This document shows positions 1-10,830 of a stretch of DNA of 52,779 nt, piece after piece (within the stretch, counting starts at the first letter, position 1; each line of letters starts with the position of its first letter). Location: assembly GCF_041956535.1 (NCBI RefSeq), contig NW_027192195.1, forward strand, positions 1,265,809-1,318,587, read 5' to 3'. This DNA is from Calcarisporiella thermophila CBS 279.70. Its lineage: Eukaryota; Fungi; Calcarisporiellomycota. A model generated the notes under the pieces. That model was given only the letters and a program-made list of their open reading frames with translations. It made no database searches and was not told the origin of the DNA. A program made the translations under genes and the position numbers.

Positions 1-693
1 TCAAAGGGGTGTAAATGCTCGCAAGTATAGATAATTATTGCTATCGCCAATATGCTAACCGTGGAATAGGTGCGTAAACATTTAATGGTGCTCTTTCAAT
101 ATCTCACAAAATCTCGCCCGGAATACACAGAGCCTGATATGGCAACCTCGTATGGCCCATCGCATTTTCTCAAGTTTAATAAAGGGGCGTCTCAAACTGC
201 TTTCGAGAACCTCAACTCACTTTCTCATATTACGTTTAAGGCTCACTCTCCCAATGCTGGCATTGTTCAACTCAACTCCGCTGACCCCTACGACGTGCCT
301 TATATCAATTTTAACTACTTTTCAGGGCAACAGGGTGAAGAGGATATTCGCGATATTTCGAATCATATCAGAATGCTTCGAGAACAAGCACATATTAAGT
401 TATTAGTCGGCTTCGATGAAACAGTTCCTGGAGCACATATTACCACTGATGAAAACCTGGCAGATTGGGTACGGAAATATGTGGGATTCGGACTGTATGC
501 TTGTTGCACCACAAAAATTGGTACTGATAATGATCCTATGGCTGTTCTGGATGGAAAACTCCGAGTACGAGGCGTCAAAAATTTACGAGTTGTTAGCGCT
601 TCATCTTTTCCTGCTATCCCCGGTTAGTAACCTGCACTTTTTACTCATATGATGGGGTTAAATGCAGCAGATGTAATACTGGACACTCAGTGA
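1..693 (+). pseudogene. GMC oxidoreductase (choline dehydrogenase-like) C-terminal part, disrupted; 5' end lies outside the window
   Basis: Motifs GIVQLNSADPYDVPYINFNYF, ACCTTKIG, AVLDGKLRVRGVKNLRVVSASSFPAIPG. Homology continues in frame past TAG TAA (625-630) as PALFTHMMGLNAADVILDTQ* (stop 691-693). There is another stop at 75-77 plus a frameshift, and the catalytic His position reads Tyr (GLYACC). Confidence 0.75.
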
Positions 694-1134
694 AATAACC
701 CGTATAATTTTTACTTTTATAGAAATAATTAGGGTGATTATATTCTTTCTTTCTGGCTAAAGTTTGTGCATTTCTTATTAGTAGTGAATAGTTATATCAA
801 AGTTAGCTCACTCATGAAGAAAAGCGTAATGTGTTTGACGTGGTATTAAAAATTAAAATAACGAAAATCTGAGTAATTTTTTCAGCTAGCAAAGAAATTT
901 ACTAAATCCAGTTTTTGATAGAAGTAATATGAAACACAATATCATCACCAAAATTAGTACAGCAATTGATTGTTTATTATATTCACATATTGATTTAGAG
1001 CTAAGATTGAATTCGACACTTTTGCATATGATCATTTGTTATATTCACGCATTCTTTAAAAATAAAATTCTATTAAAGCATCACACTGTTTATTAACAAG
1101 TCATTGAATGTATAATGTATAAACTAAGCAATTT

Positions 1135-2016
1135 CTATTCATCTTTGCGTAGCAATTTAATGACAGCTCCAACTTCTTCATCTCCATATCCCGCAGCAAT
1201 TGCTCTCTTAAAGATTCCCTGGACAAAGGTTGGGAATTCAGTGTTGATCTTAGCTTCATGAGCCTGTTTTTTAATCAGATCTACTGACGCCGAGCTAATT
1301 TTAACTGAACTTTGCGGTTTGCTAAAATTGGAAGCTTGGATAACATCACTCTCGTGCTTGACCATTTCTCCAATGAGCGGAGCAACATTGGTAATCATAG
1401 ATCCTAAAGCATCCACTCTAATTCCTTCCGACTCAAAAATACGTGCACTGTGGAGAAAGCCAAACATTGAACCCCATAAGTAGGATAAGAAACCCAAATC
1501 CCATGCAGATGCGGCACCAATCGCTTCACCCATAAATTGCAAACCACCAGCAAGGATTTTGAGAATTGGCTCTGTCTTTCGGAATACGGATTCGTTACCA
1601 GACACGAAAACGGGTGTTTCTGGTCTTCCAATTTGGGATGGTGTCGCTAAGATAGCGCCATCAAGGTACTCTGCACCATGCTTATGTACCCAAGTTTCGG
1701 CTTCCCGAGCATCCTGTGGAGTTCCGGTACTTAGCTCCACCAATAATCGACCCTTAAGTGTTGGAATGACATCTTCGCTATCGAGGAGATTGCGTGTCAC
1801 TTTATAGTCGGTCACGCAAATGATGGAAATGGGACTTGCATTGATTGCCACAGCAACGCTGGGAGCAAGAATACCTCCTTCACGGACCACTGGTTCAGCT
1901 TTCGAACTCGACCTATTCCAGACTGTGACACGGTAACCAGAACGAAGTAGGGTTTGAGCAAGCACTACGCCCATATCTCCCAAACCGATTATAGAGACTT
2001 CCTTGATCACTGACAT
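1135..2016 (-). CDS. NAD(P)H-dependent imine reductase (IRED)/beta-hydroxyacid dehydrogenase-family oxidoreductase, 293 aa, intronless
   Basis: GLGDMG Rossmann motif, VWNRS, ELSTG, YLDGAI, AASAWDLGFLSYLW (Asp-type IRED helix) and C-terminal AGYG; complete single-exon ORF. Confidence 0.85.
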   Translation of the reverse strand: MSVIKEVSIIGLGDMGVVLAQTLLRSGYRVTVWNRSSSKAEPVVREGGILAPSVAVAINASPISIICVTDYKVTRNLLDSEDVIPTLKGRLLVELSTGTPQDAREAETWVHKHGAEYLDGAILATPSQIGRPETPVFVSGNESVFRKTEPILKILAGGLQFMGEAIGAASAWDLGFLSYLWGSMFGFLHSARIFESEGIRVDALGSMITNVAPLIGEMVKHESDVIQASNFSKPQSSVKISSASVDLIKKQAHEAKINTEFPTFVQGIFKRAIAAGYGDEEVGAVIKLLRKDE

Positions 2017-2681
2017 TTTTGATGATAATTGTGATTTTTGATGTTGGTTATAATATTGTTGGCAATTCTAGAATTTGAGTATCCCATATTTATATTGTAG
2101 ACAATGGTTGAAAAGTTGAAAAAATTTTCCATTTTAGATGAAATGGTAGAGGATGTGATGCGCATAGGTGCCATTAACCACCGTTGCAAGATTTTATTGG
2201 GTAGATTCTCAAAGAATAACATTAGTAAGTACTGACTAATGCTTAGATTTCACTCATTAATGAACATGTAACTTTGTCCCTTGGAAATTTTCTTTTGCCA
2301 CTATATAATAATTCAAAAGCCTACTAAATCCAATAAAATTTAATTTCCGAAATAACTCCATCCAATTGCATGGAAAGAGTTACAGTATATCTAAGCCCCA
2401 TTCCAATACTCTATTATATTTTTTGGCGTTTGCTAATTACAGCGTATAAAAATCACAAACCTAGCTTCGCAATAAATCTTATATTAGACTAATGGTTCAC
2501 TGTTTAGTCAAGAATTGTATATTTAATCACCATTAAATAAATATCAAAACTAATTTAATTTGAGATTTGAGACTACAGAAAAGCACAAATTCACATATAT
2601 TATCCAAATTTTGGGTAATATAGGGAAATTAATAAAACATGTGAGGATATCTCAAATATAGCTTGGGCAACTGTCTGCCCC

Positions 2682-3830
2682 TTAAAGAGGTGTAGTTGGT
2701 CCTCCACGAAGAAGAGACAAAAAGAAGCCCAATAGTGATACAATAACCCCCACAGTATCATCAAAACCACAATGAGCACTATTTGCCTTTCCCCAATAAA
2801 AGTGATCAAGTGCATTAAGTCTTTCAATGGGCACACCAGGGCTACAATTTTTGTCGTTGGCATTCAGACAGAGAATGACTTTGTTATATTCACTGTAGTA
2901 TAACTCATTACCACGGTGCTATAGTACAAAGAATAAATAAAAAATCATATTGGATTAGATTTGGGATGAATGCAGTAGATATATAACCATTTAAATTATA
3001 AATTCGGCGTACCTTGTATCCCATAAATTCTGGCGGAAGATGAACAAAAACATCCTGCTTGTTGGTTAAGCGGTAGCCAAGGATGTTGAGATTAGAAACA
3101 TAATTTGCGAAGGTGGAATCGCCAACCAGTGGCTCCTCCAAAGTAACAAGAATAATTTTGTTCAGGTCAACTTTGACATCAGCTGCGAGATAGGCAGCAT
3201 GCACGGTTGCTAGTGCTCCACCTAGCGAATGACCAACCACTTCCACGGTATAATCTGGATATTGTTTCCATTGTTTTTGGAGCAACGTGCTGATACGTTT
3301 GGCTACGACAAGGTGAGTGGCGCGAAAACCTGTAAATGAAACGTTAATTAACAATGAGTATCATCAGAAAATAAATTTGAAAGGGGTTCATATTTTTAAA
3401 TACCTTCATGAATCTTTCCTGGAACATTACCCCCTACAGGAACTAATTTCAAGTGCGCATTCGAAATCCATGTTTGGATCGAAGCCGATCCTCGGAAACC
3501 AACAATAAATGTTTTACGAAGGTCATCTCTGGCAACATATCCGGTGGCGTCTTGCGGTCCCTGTAGAGTGAAGTAATCCAAGGTGGTCGTGTTTGGGAAT
3601 CTATCGCAATAGCACCCACATTTGAATGGTTTGCCGGGTTTCAAAAATGGCGAGTGGGCATTCATAGCGAGCATGGCATACTTTTCAGCTGCCTCAATTT
3701 GATTATTTTTCAACATGGTATGGTCAACCTTTGGAATAGCTCGCAGGGAATCGGCATATGGGTTTGCGGAAGCGTCGGCATGAGTTTGTGCCAAAACGAC
3801 AACCAAGAGAAAAATCAGCACAGTGCGCAT
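2682..3830 (-). CDS. Secreted class-3 triacylglycerol lipase (Rhizomucor/Rhizopus-type), 3 exons: 3830-3404, 3329-3013, 2918-2682
   Basis: Signal peptide MRTVLIFLLVVVLAQ, FRGS, IHEGF across intron 1, GHSLGG nucleophile, QDVFVHLPP Asp and LDHFY His; GT-AG introns join in frame. Confidence 0.9.
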
Positions 3831-6585
3831 ATTTTAAGGAAGGAGGGAGGATAAAGATAGGGAAGGATTGGATTTGGAAAAGATGGAGGTTAGATCTGTG
3901 GAAGTTTATTCCTATGCTGATGGAAAACTGTTGATGATGTTTAAATAAAAAAATCACGAACCTTTATTTAAAAAAGAATGAAATCTTAACACTTGGCGTG
4001 ATCCAAGGATGCCAATATATTTTTTAAGTTTATGCAAATTCGTCCTATAAGGTGCTTTAGTATTCCTAGTTTCAACATCGGTGGTTAGTGAGGACAAAAG
4101 TTAGGCTAATTTTTTGATAATCAATGAAAACTCAGTTGGCTGGGGGGTTTAATGTTTATTAATTAATATATGCGATCAAATCTAAGTTTATTTGAATCTC
4201 CCTTATACCCGATAAATTGGCTGGAGGAGTGTGGAGGAAAAAGTCTCTTTTAATTCTACCATTTGAAGACGTAATTGACAAACTAATTGTATAGTATCAT
4301 TTCGGAGCTTGGATTATTTTTTTACTGAATCATGCCAGGAGATTTGGAGAGGTACAGAAATTTGAGTTCTTCATATTGAGATATGTTAAAATCTTGCTTA
4401 GATAAGTTATATATCTAAACTGCATTTCATCTGGGCTCAATTTTCCAAAACATCCGTTTACACGATTAGCTAAAACTCGTATATTCGGAATCTACTAACT
4501 CTTATTTTATTATTCTTGATCATCCAATAACTTCACAAACAATTCTTCACATGCTTTTGCTATCCTAACTTATTACTGCTTCAATTTATTCAGTTCTTAA
4601 TGTAATTTTGTAATTACAGTCAAAGTCCTCTCTTACATAAGTGCTTTTATATATGAAAATTTTCCTATTATATTATTATTTTTCTGTAATGGTAAATGAA
4701 ACTGTCATTGAGGATTCAACGAGTCAACACTAAATTGATTCGGTTTCGAGACATAATAACTTGTAGAAAGATAACTAAATGTACTCAATGTACCATTAAT
4801 TTCTGGTGTAGTGGTAAAAGATATGACGATGGATAGGGAATATGTTATGTTTAGTACAAACGCTAATAAATAACGATTGTTAGCAATTTGGTGAGGGTAG
4901 AATCCCACAAGTTTCCTCGGAAAGTAATCATTGACCATAGGTTTTATAGTTTTTCAATCATCCCATTTTTTTCCCATTTTGCGCATTAATGCCGATAAGA
5001 TTAGGTTCATATTCAGTAGAATGCACATACAGCGTGTTGCACGAAAATGTTTTTGGTTAATTTTGGATATGGGTGCTAGTCTACTAGTTTCTCTTTTCAA
5101 AAGCTAGTGCCTATATTCAGAGCAAGCTTCCCCGGCTGCTGTAATGTATACTAAACTTTAATTAAGTCCTTAGAAAATATTTTACCGATTCACCCGATAG
5201 CCTAGGGCATAGACAAACTTTACGTTTTATCCTTTTTAATCACATTAGAATTTGGAAGGCTTTCATTAACTGACTATGCGAATCTTGGAATAATGCCTTA
5301 ATAAACTTTAACTCCCTACTCATGTGCATTGGAAAATACGAGACCAGGCTAAATAGATTCAAAATTTTTCAGAAAATTTTTCGACCTTCTGAGGTGCTAT
5401 TAATAATTAAGGCAGTTGTCCCTCTCTATTCAGTTACGATTGTTTTGCGTTGATGAATATTATTTAGATAATCAAGCATATATAAGCACATTCTGGAATC
5501 CTTTGTTAACGGAAACCTCCAATACTTGAAGATCTTGCCTTACTACTCTCTAGACCGATTTCAATTGTAAAATTAAGTGTTTTTACTAAATAGATATATT
5601 CTTTCAAGCAACTTACAGATAACACAGGTTCGTCAAGACTTACTGGAAAATTGCAGCTGTGATTTAATGGTATCCAATATTCTTGTTTTACTCGGTTTTG
5701 GACGGGTAGAGCGCAGATAAAACAGAGCATAAAATTTCAAGTAGCCCAAAACTCACATTAGATATGTGAGTGTATATTGAACTTACATGTATATAGGATC
5801 AAGCTCCGCATCACCAATGCCTAAGATGGTGCGGCTATGAGAATTCGTAGATATTTTCAATTTGAGATGAAAGAAGTGTGTAGTAATCCGGTCTCGGGTA
5901 TATGATTTAGCAAAAATTTCAATATTGAGCATAAAAAATGTCGAAGATGATATATTATGAACTCTAAGAATAGCAGCATCGCATTATATCGGTCGTCAAA
6001 TATTAGATGCATGGGTAAATAATAGTGTTTATCGAATCGAATGAGAGACACGCCAAAATTTCTAAAGTATTACAATATTCTAATCCATATATGCACTTCT
6101 TTGGGGTGAGTATAGCTTTCTAAGTTAGTGGAAAAACTCCAGTCCTGTCTAGATTTTTTTATTTTTGGTCAACCCAACCTATTGCAATTTTATCACGTAC
6201 TTTAGAGGTTTCCGAATGCCGTTAGCTGAATACCCGAGTTACAATGTATCAACGTAATTCAGTTAAAATCTTCCAATTGGCCAATTATGAAAAATATGTA
6301 CCGGGACTTCGAATTTGAACAAATATTTGTCCATGCCAGAAGATTACTCATATTGGGACTCATGGCTGAGATTGAAAAAAAAAATTCGTCCCGCACCTTC
6401 GGATTAGATCCGTCAGATCTATTGAGAATTATATCTAATAAATTATTAAGCATACTTTCACTCCATTTCACCTCCAAGATATGATATATAAATACTGCAA
6501 AAGTTTGCCTAAAAGCGTTAATTTCTTCAGTATAATCCACCCTAAAAAAACTTATCCTACTTTCTCTCCCAGTAATCAATTCGAA

Positions 6586-6891
6586 ATGAAAGCTCTTCTT
6601 ATTTCTCTCCCTGCTCTCGTGCTCGCTCTCGCATCTTCGGTGTCCGCTAAGTATGTTTGTCATTGCAGCAGCAAGTCAAGCGCTTCTGTCCACAATAATG
6701 CGCTTACCAAAAAAGCATACAATCATGTTCATTTCAAGGTTTTGAACTGCCCCGGAGACAAATTCCGCGAAAAGAACCCCATCATGGACAATATTTCGAC
6801 CTATGACACGGATGGTGCTGACTGTGCGACAGCATTCAAGTTTGCCTGTAAATCTTTTGGTGCTAAGCAGGGATGGTGTGCTAACCTCTAG
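6586..6891 (+). CDS. Small secreted cysteine-rich protein (101 aa, 6 Cys), effector/KP6-like pattern
   Basis: Signal peptide MKALLISLPALVLALASSVSA, CxC near the mature N-terminus and C-terminal FKFACKSFGAKQGWC; TATATAAA upstream at about 6485. Confidence 0.75.
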   Translation: MKALLISLPALVLALASSVSAKYVCHCSSKSSASVHNNALTKKAYNHVHFKVLNCPGDKFREKNPIMDNISTYDTDGADCATAFKFACKSFGAKQGWCANL

Positions 6892-7425
6892 AGGTGTAAT
6901 GACATTAATAGATTGGAAATATAGCAAAATATAATACTACGGAATTATTCTATTAGCACTTTACTTTTTTGCCTATTTCCTTTTCATGCATTAATTAAAA
7001 GTTATTCTTTTATCTTTTATACTACTGCCATACGCCTTTGCCATTCAAATATCGAAAAATAACGAATATATCAGTAAGATTCTGCTTGAGACTTTTTGAG
7101 CATATAATCAACATTGGGTTCAATAATTACAATACCAAAAATTCCTAAGGGACTGTACATGGATGCTGCTTAACCAACAATAGTCCAGAGATTTATTATA
7201 AGTTGTTAGGTTGGCTCAGTATAGGGATTAAAATCCAGGTAGAGCGACTTAATTTGAATGTTAGGAATATGATACTGTATATAGTTTGCTATCAAATAGA
7301 ATTGTATATTTAATAAAGATAATGCGTTTCATATGTACCCTCATTCCTAATACTTGCCACTATTAATTAACTTACAAGTGTAATTTATTGCAAAAAAAGT
7401 AAGTTAAACCGATTCGGTTAGCTAT

Positions 7426-7680
7426 CTAAAAACAAACACTGGATTCTGTGCCTTCATCCTTGCAGTATTTTTTAAAAACACTTCGCTCTGCACTATGGAT
7501 ATTATAACAAACTACACCACCATTTTCGCCAATCCTCCATGGCCGGCCGAAGGCTCTACCTAGATTGCATGATCTTGCGGTTGCTTTAAAATCAAAATTG
7601 CATTGACAACTCCACGCAAAGGCCGATTCAAGGAAGCAAAGAGCACACAATAAAAATAAGCCAAGTGTTTTGAGATACAT
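7426..7680 (-). CDS. Small secreted cysteine-rich protein (84 aa, 6 Cys in the mature part), effector/KP6-like pattern
   Basis: Signal peptide MYLKTLGLFLLCALCFLESAFA; mature WSCQC...ATARSC...C...FKKYCKDEGTESSVC; TATAAA-like box upstream on the minus strand at about 7790. Confidence 0.75.
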   Translation of the reverse strand: MYLKTLGLFLLCALCFLESAFAWSCQCNFDFKATARSCNLGRAFGRPWRIGENGGVVCYNIHSAERSVFKKYCKDEGTESSVCF

Positions 7681-9015
7681 TTCAGCTAATTTCAATATAA
7701 TTCTCTAGTTGAAAGGTCAATTAAAACAGTCAAAAAACGAAAGCCCTAATGGTGTAATGAGAAATTAACACAATTGCCCTCCTCTTTATATCTTATATCG
7801 GAGTAATTTTTCGATTAAGTTTTGAGCAATATGCCAACTCATACTAATAATGTATCACAGTTTCCCCACCTTGGCTTATAGTCGAATCATTTTAATTCTA
7901 TTTGATGATACTCCAACCCACTTTATTGGTTAGTGTGATTAACACATTAAATGTAACATGTGACTAGTTCTATACTAGAAAACGGGGACACTAAGTCTAC
8001 TCTTACTATTAAACGTTTAAACCCACGCTAATGGTATATACTTACAGCAAATAATTAAATTCCGTAGGTTTGGTACAACTTCGAGTACATATATCTTAAT
8101 TGAATTTGTATATTGAATAAAACTCAAAACAGGAACAAGCGGTGTTACTTTTTCTAATACATTAATCTCAAGCGGACATATTTGTGAATATGATACGTAA
8201 TAGGATAATAAAACTTTGACGGTTAAATTTTAACAAGGAATGCTATAGCAAGTGATAGGCATAGTAAGATGAAATAAAATAAAGTTCATATAAATTTTTT
8301 TACTAGAGTCGATAGTATAGTATATACGAGGATTCAGTAAGCTAAGCATTAGCCTTAACCATTTTATTCAAACTCATGTGATGTTGGACGGGTAGAATTG
8401 CTAAGCAAATGGTTTCCTAATTCTCCGGGTATGAAATACACATGGTAGAAACAGAGATTAAAAGTTAATAGCAACCCACGCTATACTATCAGTAAGACTA
8501 AAAGTGCCTTACTTTACATAGAATTAACGATATGGAGGGATTAAATGCAGATTTATACCGGAAAAAAACTAGACGAATAAATTCAACTACTCAAATGAAT
8601 CTAGATATATCAGTGAATTCTGAGGCGATCTGATTTTCCTCTTTAAGTAAAACTATTTTGAATTTGGCTCATTGTCTTATACTCAATTATTATATTTAAT
8701 TCTCTGTAAATATCTAAATTGAACAATATGTGTTTTCAAAAATGTTGTGCTGCATTTCCGAAAATCACCCCATTTGATCGCTATTATCGTTCCAATATGT
8801 AGAATGTAGTTAAAATTATCGTATATCAATATTTACTTGATAATGTCAAATAAAATAATGGGATAATGATCATTTGAAGCATAATACTAGTAGTTAGTAA
8901 AAATATGCTATACAAAAGTAGGATAAGAGTTGATAAGTTCAATTATTATAGGGAGAAGTGATATGTATGAAATGCTTAAATGATCTCAAGATTAAAATTG
9001 CTTTACACCAACAAT

Positions 9016-9852
9016 TCAATTTTGCTGCCCTTTTAGTATCCAAGCTTTCGAAGATTCTTCAGTTTTTTTCGCTAATTCAGGGTTGCTTGCTATCTGTTTA
9101 ATCTGATCCTTCTCTGGAACATTCAATCCTCGTTGCACGGCAGGGCGGACTTCTATGCGGTCGAGCCAAAGCTTGAGGTTGGGAAGACCATCAATCGAGA
9201 CTCCCGCCCACTGATGTGATCGGATCCTAAAGAAATAGACGGTATTTAGAGACCATTAAATTTACTTGATTAGAGTATAAAGTACTAACCATGTGAAATT
9301 CGCAATATCTGCCAAAGAAAACTGTCCTGCTGCAAGCCATTCTCTTCCTTGCGAAAGATGTTTCTCGATAACTTCATATAGTCGCCTTGTCTCTTTTTGG
9401 TATCTCTTTATTCCATACTCGATTTTCTCGGGCGAATATCTATAAAAGTGACTGGCTTGACCTTGCATCGGACCCACTCCTCCCATCTGGAACATAAGCC
9501 ATTGCAAGACCTCAGAGCGGGCGCTAGGATCTTTAGGGTAGAGCTTGCCATTTGGATCGTAATGCTCACAAAGGTAAATCATAATGGCGCCTGATTCGAA
9601 AACGTTAAAGTTATCCCTTGAGTGATCGGTCAGAGCAGGTATGCGACCATTCGGATTTATCTTGGTGAACCACTCTGACTTTTGTTCATTTTGAGCAAAA
9701 GAGATGGATTTTACATTATAAGGCAGATCGAGTTCTTCTAGAGTAATGGATGCTTTATGCCCATTAGGGGTTGCAGCCGTGTAGAGAGTCAGGTTCGGAA
9801 TGGCCATGGCTGATTTCAAATGCTTGGAGAGTAAGTTTAAACGATTCAACAT
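9016..9852 (-). CDS. Glutathione S-transferase, Nu/Ure2p-like class (YfcG/YghU-like), 2 exons: 9852-9290, 9226-9016
   Basis: TPNG motif, [31 protein letters not shown] and FSLADIA. Exon 2 continues [38 protein letters not shown] after a GTTAGT...TAG intron. Confidence 0.92.
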
Positions 9853-10128
9853 TGTAATGCTTCCTCAACTTGGATCTTATTATTTATACTACAATTGAAA
9901 AAATGTAAGCAATGCGAAATAGAGAGCTTCATGAAATTACCCTATTTTAAAATAATAGCATAGGAAGCTTATTTTCTTAGCCATAATCGATCGAATCACT
10001 TAGTAATAACATGGATGACTCCAATTTTCGCGTAAATTGCGGTAATTACTAAGCTCAAAATTCTGGGTTTGAATGAATAGTTCAATACTAAGCCTAGCGT
10101 TTATGACGGCTTAGTCGAAATGTAATAG

Positions 10129-10273
10129 TGTGACGGGGGTTTTTAGTTGGAGAGAAAGATTTAACTCCTTATGATTTATTACAATCTCAAATGTATGTAT
10201 ATATATCCAATAAATGATGACGTAGCAACGTAGACACAGAGAATAAGAAGATCTGAAAGTAACATATGTAACA
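10129..10273. repeat. Possible short solo LTR
   Basis: TGTGAC...GTAACA termini flanked by a 4-bp direct repeat ATAG (10125-10128 and 10274-10277); internal TATA-like and AATAAA signals on the minus strand. It is short, so the call is uncertain. Confidence 0.3.
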
Positions 10274-10529
10274 ATAGTTGTTACATTTGTTAGTTTTAGA
10301 TAGCTCCTATATTTAGTGACATCTCGATGACATCATCATTATCTAGATATACAGTATATGTAACAGGACAGCTTGCTTACGTCTTTGCTCATGATATAAG
10401 GTCATTATTATTAGCTTGCTTTGGCTTAGCTATTTTTTTGTTATTTTCTAGTGTAATATTTATGGAAAGTTTGTAAAACTTTAAGGATTCGCGAATGTTC
10501 TCCATCCTTTCCACGTGCTTCTATACGTT

Positions 10530-10830
10530 TTCTAGCAGATTCCACCTGGTGGGTTTTTTGTAGGGCAACACTGAGCTAATGCATCGGTTGCTGCCGCTCC
10601 CGGTATGGACTGCCAAGAGAATAATCGTGGGACGCGTTTCGCTAATCTGTCTGCGAAAGGTCAATCGTATGTAGTCCCCATGTTCTTTAGATTTTGGAAA
10701 GTGTGCGACTGTCTACGTACCCTGATTTCCCGAGAGGCCGCATCCGCCTTCGTATTCAGGCAGTCTGGAATGTGATTACGACCATTTGAATGTGTCGCTC
10801 CAGACGGAATTTCCAAAGCTTAGGAGAACC
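10530..10830 (-). mobile_element. DIRS-type retroelement remnant (end of RNase H plus methyltransferase-like domain)
   Basis: Minus-strand translation HIPDCLNTKADAASR ... (WG)LHTIDLFADRLAKRVPRLFSWQSIPGAAATDALAQ with frameshifts; the same domain appears at about 20020-20300. Confidence 0.65.

Noticed and set aside
75-630. Stop-codon reassignment (TAA/TAG read as sense) suggested by in-frame stops in the GMC gene
   Set aside because: Intact genes here end in TAA or TAG right after conserved C-termini (ERG24, CYP51, IRED), and the GMC locus also has a frameshift.
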